Positions 57,161 to 64,000 of a stretch of DNA of 64,000 nucleotides are shown one piece after another. Each line of letters starts with the position of its first letter. The first letter of the stretch is position 1. Source of the DNA: Bacteroidota bacterium (lineage in GTDB: Bacteria; Bacteroidota; Bacteroidia; Bacteroidales; GCA-2711565). The position numbers were made by a program, and so were the translations under genes. The notes under the pieces were generated by a model that saw only the letters and a list, made by a program, of their open reading frames with translations, had not been told where the DNA came from and did not search any database. The DNA is taken from assembly GCA_018816945.1 (NCBI GenBank), contig JAHIVC010000010.1, positions 69,258 through 133,257 of the forward strand. Direction: 5' to 3'.

Positions 57161-58429
57161 ATGAATAAAAGACTTAAAGAGGTTGTCATATTAATCATTG
57201 CAGGATTAACCATCATAATTAGTGTTCACTTTTGGCAGAGAAATAAAGAATCTGGGTTGCAATATGAAGAAATTCCAATAGTTTTTGAACCTACTATAAA
57301 ATATGGCATCGTCATCGACTCATTTGAAGTAGTAAAAGATCAGATTAAAAGAAATGAATTTCTGGCAGACATACTCCTTTCATATAATGTTGATTATTCA
57401 AAAATTGATTTGGCCGTAAAAATGGCAAGGCCTGTTTTTGATGTTCGTCGAATTCGTGCAGGTCATCATTATTCAGTTTTTATAAGCACCGATTCAAAAC
57501 AAAGTGTTCAGTATTTTATTTATGAAGATAGCCCAACCTCTTATATTGTATTTGATTTGAGAGACACTGTTCATGTCCATGCTGGTGAAAAAGAAGTACA
57601 AATACGTATGAGTGAAATTGAAGGCAAAATTACATCTTCACTTTGGAATTCACTGGTTGAAAATAATGGCGATCCAAATTTGGCTAACGAACTTTCAGAA
57701 ATTTATGCATGGACCATTGATTTTTTTGGTATTCAAAAGGGAGATTATTATAGAGTAATTTTTGAAGAACTTTATGTGGATAATAAAAAAATTGGTCTAG
57801 GCAATGTGCATGCTTCATTATTCAATCATATGAAAAGTTATCATTATGCATTTTATTTTATCCAAGATAGTATAGGTGATTATTTTGATGAAAATGGCGG
57901 GAGTTTAAGAAGGGCATTCCTGAAGGCTCCATTAAAATTTAAACGAATCAGTTCAAAATTTTCCAATAGTCGTTTGCATCCCATTTTAAAAATAAGAAGA
58001 GCGCATCATGGTGTGGATTATGCAGCTCCAACAGGAACACCGGTTCATTCAATTGGGGATGGAGTAATTGTGGAGATGAAAAGGACCCGAGAAGGTGGCA
58101 ATCAGTTAAAAATCAAACATAATGGTACATATTCTACTGCTTACCTTCATCTTTCAGGATATGCTAAAGGGATTAGAGTAGGTAAAAAGGTCAGACAGGG
58201 TGAACTTGTTGCCTATGTCGGATCGACCGGTTTATCAAGTGGCCCACACCTTGATTTTCGCTTTTATCGAAACGGAAATGCCATCGATCCTCTTAAAGTG
58301 GAATCACCTCCGGTTAATCCTGTAGATCCTCTTAATCTTGAAAGTTTTAAGCAATTGGTAAATAATTACATGGAATTGCTATTAAAGGATCACGATCAAG
58401 CCGAATTGGAATACCCAAATGTTAAATAA
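57161..58429 (+). CDS. M23 family metallopeptidase
   Basis: 422 aa; HHGVDYAAPTGTPV and GPHLDFR zinc-ligand motifs. Confidence 0.9.
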   Translation: MNKRLKEVVILIIAGLTIIISVHFWQRNKESGLQYEEIPIVFEPTIKYGIVIDSFEVVKDQIKRNEFLADILLSYNVDYSKIDLAVKMARPVFDVRRIRAGHHYSVFISTDSKQSVQYFIYEDSPTSYIVFDLRDTVHVHAGEKEVQIRMSEIEGKITSSLWNSLVENNGDPNLANELSEIYAWTIDFFGIQKGDYYRVIFEELYVDNKKIGLGNVHASLFNHMKSYHYAFYFIQDSIGDYFDENGGSLRRAFLKAPLKFKRISSKFSNSRLHPILKIRRAHHGVDYAAPTGTPVHSIGDGVIVEMKRTREGGNQLKIKHNGTYSTAYLHLSGYAKGIRVGKKVRQGELVAYVGSTGLSSGPHLDFRFYRNGNAIDPLKVESPPVNPVDPLNLESFKQLVNNYMELLLKDHDQAELEYPNVK

Positions 58430-58562
58430 TATTAATACCCTTTCAAGTATTTCCAAATTGTAGTAGAATAAGGAGCAAATTGGCATAGCTCTATCATTAT
58501 TTTCCTTAATTTTACATATGCTAACTTGCTAGATTATTATTAACCTATTTATTTGTGTTATT

Positions 58563-59276
58563 ATGAAAAAAGGTATTGAAAAAATAGCTGTTCAAATTAT
58601 GTTGAGTATCTCACTTATACTGATTGCAGGGACTATTTTCGGTCAGGACATGTTCAATCATCAATCTTATGGTAATTTTTTAATTAATCAGGAAAAAATG
58701 GGATTACAACGTTCAATTTTAAACGTGAGTGATATTGAGGGATCCCCATATCTTGATAAAACATTTATTAAGGGCAGTGTAATTACCCGTGACAGTATAC
58801 AATACCAAAACGTTCCATTGCGGTATAATATTTATAATGATGAATTTGAATTTCAGGTGAATGAAGAGAAATACCTCACAATTTCAGATCCGGCATCAAT
58901 GTTGCAAATTAGCATTGAAGATGCTGTTTTCATTTATTTAAAAAAAGATAATAAATATGGATATTATCAGTTGCTCAATGATGATAAAGTAAAATTATTA
59001 CTGTGTTATAATGTTAAATTCCGGCAAGCTAATGTGTCAAATGGGATAAATCAGGCAAGGCCTCCTAAATTTAACAGAGGGAGTGATACTTATTATCTTC
59101 AAATTGGATATAACGAGCCTCAACAAATTAAAAATAAGAAAGACATTGATCTTATTTTTAAATCTCAGAATAGTGCAATTAAAGAGCTTATCAAAAGGGA
59201 GAAGATAGATTTACATAAGGAAGGTGATTTGCTTAAGTTTGTCAAGCTGTTAAATAAATCTGATTTGATTAATTAA
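58563..59276 (+). CDS. hypothetical secreted protein
   Basis: 237 aa with an N-terminal signal or anchor; no family recognised. Confidence 0.5.
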   Translation: MKKGIEKIAVQIMLSISLILIAGTIFGQDMFNHQSYGNFLINQEKMGLQRSILNVSDIEGSPYLDKTFIKGSVITRDSIQYQNVPLRYNIYNDEFEFQVNEEKYLTISDPASMLQISIEDAVFIYLKKDNKYGYYQLLNDDKVKLLLCYNVKFRQANVSNGINQARPPKFNRGSDTYYLQIGYNEPQQIKNKKDIDLIFKSQNSAIKELIKREKIDLHKEGDLLKFVKLLNKSDLIN

Positions 59277-59464
59277 TGTAATTATTATTTAGTTTTTGAG
59301 ATTATATACATTCCTATCTGCATTTTTTTAATCCTATTGGAGGTAATTGGGTAAACTATAGTCGTTCATATAAGAACTTTCAAAAAATGCCCCTGGAAGA
59401 TCTGATTTTACTGAGATGGTGTTTAAAAATTGGTGTCACGGGATAATTTAGGTCCTGTTATGGT

Positions 59465-59610
59465 GCATATCCACAATAAAATCCCGTCAGGGATTGAATT
59501 TGGGTAGCAAATTGAACCGTTAATCCGTGTTTTCAGTCCCGTCCGGGATGGAAGGTCGCCCACAAATGAACATTCTACGCATATCCTCAGGGTATCCCTA
59601 TGTGGATAAT
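59465..59610. repeat. GC-enriched structured element with repeated TCCCGTC(A/C)GGGAT(T/G)GAA hairpin units
   Basis: ATCCCGTCAGGGATTGAA begins at 59481 and GTCCCGTCCGGGATGGAA at 59537. The element is bounded by TATCCACAATA (59469) and its inverse TATGTGGATA (59599-59608). Confidence 0.6.
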
Positions 59611-59705
59611 TGAAGATATGATAATACCGGTTCGTTTTTGCCTATCTATTAAAATATGATATCAACCTGATATTTAAGACTGTATTATTTGGTAAATACC
59701 AGCAA

Positions 59706-59744
59706 AAAGAAAAGCTCAAGGCAATTCGCCTTGAGCTTTTCTTT
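59706..59744. terminator. bidirectional intrinsic terminator
   Basis: AAAGAAAAGCTCAAGGC-AATTC-GCCTTGAGCTTTTCTTT, a 17-bp perfect stem with A/T tracts on both sides; lies 20 nt downstream of the SusD-like stop. Confidence 0.85.
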
Positions 59745-59763
59745 ATAATATAAACTTACAGTT

Positions 59764-61218
59764 TTAGTTTACACCGGTACGTTTATCCCAGAATAATTGT
59801 TTTCCCCAATAGTAGTCAACAATACCAGCAGCTGCCGGTGCAATGCTGGCACCATTTAAGGTAAATTCATTATTTGGATAAGGCTCCCGGAATGGTTGTC
59901 GGTTATGACCTGGGAATACTGAACCAATAGCTGCAGGCATTACAGGAAAATCTGTTCTGCGGTTTTCGGCCCATAATTCTTGACCTTGTTTGAATAAGGC
60001 AATCCATTTTTGTAACCAGATTTTGGTTTTATTGTTATAAACCGTATTGTTATCCCAAGCAACTTCTGCTTTAGTCATATAAGCTGCTAAAGAAGCTGTC
60101 ATCCCGGTTTCTTCAAAACTAGCTGCTACTCCTGCCTCATAAGCTGTTTTTGCAGCACTTGCATTTCCAGCTAATAAGTAAGCTTCTGCTTTGATAAACT
60201 CTTGTTCAGAAAAACGTAGGAAATATGAATAACCTGCATAATCGTTACGATATTTTGTTCCGATTCTGGAAATGTCATTTACGTTGAATGCATTGTTTGG
60301 TGCACCTTCCGGAGCTCCTCTATAGTTACCTGAAGTATTCGTCCTTGCATAAACAGGAAGTCTAGGATCAGCTAATGCTAACATCATATCAATAAAGGTC
60401 TTAGCCATACCATGATCATCACGAGTGTCGTTATCACTTGCCCATGGCTCTTTGTAAGGAGCAACACCTGGCCACTTAAGTTTAGCCTCTTCAGCATTAT
60501 TTGCAAATAGAGGGTAAGTTGCCGGGGCAGCCAGAACCTTATTTAATTCAGCAAGATTCTGGGTTCTGATTGCTAATCGTAAATGAAGTGCATTACAAAA
60601 TTTTTGCCATTTCTTAGCATTGTTACCATATAGAAAATCACCGGCACCTAATACATTAAGAGCAGAAGGAGGTGAATTAAATAAAGTATTAGCCTTCTCA
60701 ATTTTAGTAAACAAATCAGCATAAATAGCAGCAGCATCGTCATAAGCTGGTGTTAGGTTAGCTTCTGTTTCAGCTGTAATCGCTTCAGAATAGGGAATGT
60801 CACCCCATTTATCAACAGCCTGTTGCCAGTTATAAACCGATAATGTTAGTGCCGCAGCTTCAGCATACTTATTTTCAGTTGCTTGAGCTTTGCCTATTAC
60901 TTTTTGTAAGTCTATCTGAATACGATAATAATTACTAAAATCACCTTCAAGTATACCGGGACGGAAATTGTATCTGGCTTCGTCTATATAAGCAATTTTT
61001 GTTACATGTCCTGCATAGCTTAAACTACTATTCATTTGGTTCCACGAATCGTAGAAAGCTAATCCTGTAGTTGCAATGGCATTAGCCAATAAGTTGGTCA
61101 TCGGACCATCAGTAGGGTTATTGGGGTCAGTGTTCATTTCCTCCCAATCCTTGGTGCAAGATGAGATAAAAATCAACGCAGTTAGCACCAATGTTATGTT
61201 AAAATATTTTCTTTTCAT
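59764..61218 (-). CDS. SusD/RagB family nutrient-binding outer-membrane lipoprotein
   Basis: 484 aa; lipobox FISSC and the SusD-like_2 type N-terminus TKDWEEMNTDPNNPT. Confidence 0.9.
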   Translation of the reverse strand: MKRKYFNITLVLTALIFISSCTKDWEEMNTDPNNPTDGPMTNLLANAIATTGLAFYDSWNQMNSSLSYAGHVTKIAYIDEARYNFRPGILEGDFSNYYRIQIDLQKVIGKAQATENKYAEAAALTLSVYNWQQAVDKWGDIPYSEAITAETEANLTPAYDDAAAIYADLFTKIEKANTLFNSPPSALNVLGAGDFLYGNNAKKWQKFCNALHLRLAIRTQNLAELNKVLAAPATYPLFANNAEEAKLKWPGVAPYKEPWASDNDTRDDHGMAKTFIDMMLALADPRLPVYARTNTSGNYRGAPEGAPNNAFNVNDISRIGTKYRNDYAGYSYFLRFSEQEFIKAEAYLLAGNASAAKTAYEAGVAASFEETGMTASLAAYMTKAEVAWDNNTVYNNKTKIWLQKWIALFKQGQELWAENRRTDFPVMPAAIGSVFPGHNRQPFREPYPNNEFTLNGASIAPAAAGIVDYYWGKQLFWDKRTGVN

Positions 61219-61249
61219 AATTTGAATTTTAAATGTTAGTGGTCAAAAA

Positions 61250-64000
61250 TTAAAAAGTTGCTACAATTTTAAACCCGATTGTACGTGAAGTCGGTAATTG
61301 ATTTGACTCCTGACCTATACCAGATGTACCTACTCCAAATCCTGTTTCCGGATCAATTACACAATTGTTGGATTTATGTACCCATAATAAGGCTACGTTT
61401 CGAGCATAAGCAGAAAGGCTGATTTTTTGAATACCAGGAATTTTGTTAACAAATTTAACAGGTAAATCATAACCTAATGATATCTCACGTAACTTAATAA
61501 AAGAACCATCAATAACACTGAATTCATGTAATTTGTACATGTTCGCATAAAAATCATTTGCAGAAAGCCTGATATCATTTACACTTCCATCTGCTTTTAC
61601 AAATTTCTCATCAGTCATCACATTTTGACCGGCAATAACTCCATCCTCACGAATAGTTCCTTGTGCTGTTTCGGCGAGAACGCCTGAATAAACACCAAAC
61701 ATTTTTGTAACAGAGAATATATCACCACCTTTACGACCATCAATTAACATATATAAATTCACTCCTTTATAACTGAACATATTTGAAACACCCCAGTTAA
61801 AGTCGGCAGAAATATTTCCTATAACCTGATCTGTTCCGGTTCTTTCAGGGAATCCATCATCATCAACAATAATAGCACCATTGTCATCCCTTAAGAATTT
61901 TGCACCTACCATTTCACCATAGGTTCCACCGGGAATAGCTTGCACGGTCATTGACCATGAAGAGCTAAGTTGGTATTTTTGTAAATCTTCGTAAAGTGAA
62001 ATTACAGTATTGTCATTTTTTGCATATTTAACCTGCATGGTCCAGTTAAAACCATCACCTTTTGATTTTACGATATCACCGTATAAAGCCAACTCAATAC
62101 CTTTGTTTTGAAGTTCACCTGCATTGATCCATTTAGTACTAAAACCGGTTGCTCTTGAAACTTCAATGGCCATGATTTGATCAGAGGTGTTTTCTTTATA
62201 GTAAGTAAGATCAAGTCCTAATCTGTTTTGGAAAAACTTAAGTTCCAAACCTGCTTCGATAGCTTTTTTCCTTTCAGGCTTTAAGTCGGCATTTGCCAAT
62301 GATCGCATAAAACCATAACGGGTTGTTCCGGCCCAGGCACTACTAGTAGCTGAATAATAACCAGCCAAAGTATAAGGATCGGCATCACCTCCAACTTCGG
62401 CATAACTGGCACGAACTTTTCCAAAGGAAAGAATAGTAGGATCAACTTTTACTAAATCAGTAAAGATCAAACCAACATTTCCTGAATAGTATGAATAACT
62501 ATTATTCGCTGTTGGAAGTGTAGAACTCCAGTCATTACGGAAAGTAGCTCCAAAGAATAAAAAGTCTTTGTAAGAAGCATCTGCCTGAGCATAGATACTG
62601 TTTGTTTCTTTGTTCGATAAATACATATCAGCAGTAGGAGTTCCTTTTACGTTGCTAATATCGAAAAAGTTAGGAACAGTAAGTTCTGAAGCACTAATTA
62701 ATTGGTAATTGTAATATTCACTTCGATAATTAGCTCCAATAAGACCGGTGATTCTGATATCTTTTGAAAGCTCTTTATCAATGTTTAAGGTTAAATCAGC
62801 ATTTTTTGAAAGATCAATTCTTGTTGTTTGACTGAAATTTCCACCATTCTTCTTGTTTTGGTTCGATTGGTTGTAAATAACCGATTTTCGGAAATCAGTT
62901 GAATAATCTGTCCCAACTCTTAAAGCAACATTCATCCAATCCGTGATGTCATATTTGAAATCCACGTTACCGAATAATCTGTCTTTGTCACGTGAATTTG
63001 TGTTTTTATAAACGGTCCAATAAGGATTGTTATGATAGTAATATCCCCAGGCATAAGGTTTACCAAAAGCATCGAGTTTGTCCCAGTTTTCTTTCAATGG
63101 TTGAATATCAACCTGACGGCCAAACCAACTACCTAATGACTGAAGTATATTGCCAGCACTATAACCTTGAGCCGGAAGGTTATCACTTACGGTTTTAATA
63201 TAACTAGCTGAAGCATTTACGCTGAATTTACTGGTTACCTTCATGGATGTGCTTACGGTAAAAGTATTCTTTTTTTGATCTGTATTAGGAATGATACCGG
63301 TTACATCATTATTAGTATAAGAAAATCGTGAAACTGATTTATCAGATCCTGTAGTGATCGTTATATTGTGAGATTGATTGAAACCTGTTTCGAAGAAATC
63401 CTTAACATTATCAGGATGAGAAATCCAGGGTGTTGGAGTGTAAACAGGCTTACCATTTGCATCTAAAGTATAAGGAGAGTTAAATTGGTTGAATTTTAAC
63501 CCGATATCAAGTCGAGGGCCCCAACTTTCGTCCCAAGCGTCATTTACTCCACCCCAATTACCATCATAATAATTAAATGATTCGTTCTCAGCATATTCCT
63601 GATAAGATGAATAAACACCGGGATGAGCTAATTGAAACTGTTTGAATGTATATTCATCTCCGCCTGTAGCTTGTCCATATTTGTTCTGATAGTCAGGTAA
63701 TATAGATAATCGGTCTATCCCAATATCGTAAGTGTATTGAATCCCAATACCTTTTTTAGAAAGAGCACCTTTTTTTGTTGTAATAATAATTACTCCATTT
63801 AAAGCACGACTACCATAAATAGCTGCAGCAGCAGCACCTTTTAATACAGTCATTGACTCAACGTTATTAGGGTCAATATCCATTGCACCGTTACCATAGT
63901 CGGCAGAACCAGAACCAACACCTGTTGAAGAGTTGTTCATTGGAGTTCCATCAACTACGAATAAAGGCTGGTTGTCAGTTCGCATTGAACTGTTACCACG
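61250..64000 (-). CDS. SusC/RagA family TonB-linked outer-membrane transporter (N-terminus beyond window)
   Basis: The frame stays open to the window edge ([18 protein letters not shown] plug motif). IITTKKG, beta-barrel repeats and a terminal aromatic F are present. Confidence 0.93.
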   Translation of the reverse strand, partial: RGNSSMRTDNQPLFVVDGTPMNNSSTGVGSGSADYGNGAMDIDPNNVESMTVLKGAAAAAIYGSRALNGVIIITTKKGALSKKGIGIQYTYDIGIDRLSILPDYQNKYGQATGGDEYTFKQFQLAHPGVYSSYQEYAENESFNYYDGNWGGVNDAWDESWGPRLDIGLKFNQFNSPYTLDANGKPVYTPTPWISHPDNVKDFFETGFNQSHNITITTGSDKSVSRFSYTNNDVTGIIPNTDQKKNTFTVSTSMKVTSKFSVNASASYIKTVSDNLPAQGYSAGNILQSLGSWFGRQVDIQPLKENWDKLDAFGKPYAWGYYYHNNPYWTVYKNTNSRDKDRLFGNVDFKYDITDWMNVALRVGTDYSTDFRKSVIYNQSNQNKKNGGNFSQTTRIDLSKNADLTLNIDKELSKDIRITGLIGANYRSEYYNYQLISASELTVPNFFDISNVKGTPTADMYLSNKETNSIYAQADASYKDFLFFGATFRNDWSSTLPTANNSYSYYSGNVGLIFTDLVKVDPTILSFGKVRASYAEVGGDADPYTLAGYYSATSSAWAGTTRYGFMRSLANADLKPERKKAIEAGLELKFFQNRLGLDLTYYKENTSDQIMAIEVSRATGFSTKWINAGELQNKGIELALYGDIVKSKGDGFNWTMQVKYAKNDNTVISLYEDLQKYQLSSSWSMTVQAIPGGTYGEMVGAKFLRDDNGAIIVDDDGFPERTGTDQVIGNISADFNWGVSNMFSYKGVNLYMLIDGRKGGDIFSVTKMFGVYSGVLAETAQGTIREDGVIAGQNVMTDEKFVKADGSVNDIRLSANDFYANMYKLHEFSVIDGSFIKLREISLGYDLPVKFVNKIPGIQKISLSAYARNVALLWVHKSNNCVIDPETGFGVGTSGIGQESNQLPTSRTIGFKIVATF

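Noticed and set aside
59400-59620. SRP RNA, RNase P RNA or tmRNA
   Set aside because: There are superficial resemblances (CCGGGATGGAAGG versus the SRP GGAAGGAAGCAGC, and GGAAGGTCGCCC versus the RNase P GGAAAGTCCGGGC). However, the conserved cores are not matched and the length is wrong.

Overview
Visibly AT-rich chromosomal segment of a Bacteroidota genome. Evidence for the phylum: a SusC/SusD pair, a DUF5686 protein, many lipoprotein signals and recurrent TAnnTTTG -7 promoter boxes. PPi-type PFK, IorAB, hemerythrin and an Fnr-like regulator suggest an anaerobic or microaerophilic lifestyle. I call about 60 protein genes, almost all ordinary housekeeping (rfbA, mfd, pyrC, der, era, recQ, kpsF, lptB, pssA, queA, tatC, pdxJ, dtd, def, icd, gltA, iorAB), plus one initiator tRNA-Met. 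I see no transposase, integrase, CRISPR/cas, rRNA or recognisable defence system. The unusual content is mostly non-coding. (1) Intergenic arrays of 7-nt-periodic 'AGA+N4' words use a small vocabulary shared between loci tens of kb apart. (2) A conserved CCTGCC-NNCCGCA-GGCAGG hairpin element occurs in four copies. (3) An 18-bp perfect inverted repeat made of the same words brackets a ~300-bp MITE-like unit. (4) Other GC-rich palindromic elements sit in spacers. Coding-level points of interest: a Crp/Fnr-controlled SQR-like/DUF1641/TusE/DsrE sulfur-trafficking cluster with an FNR-type box; a two-component system preceded by four helically phased TGTTAA repeats and divergent from a tiny Cys/Lys-rich secreted peptide; a long MATE-pump leader containing a Shine-Dalgarno-driven uORF; a translationally coupled hemerythrin and atypical-deformylase pair; and a decayed-looking tRNA-flanked islet carrying a lone Fic gene and an untracked 49-aa zinc-ribbon ORF. 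I found no single compelling undescribed multi-gene system, so interest scores are moderate.
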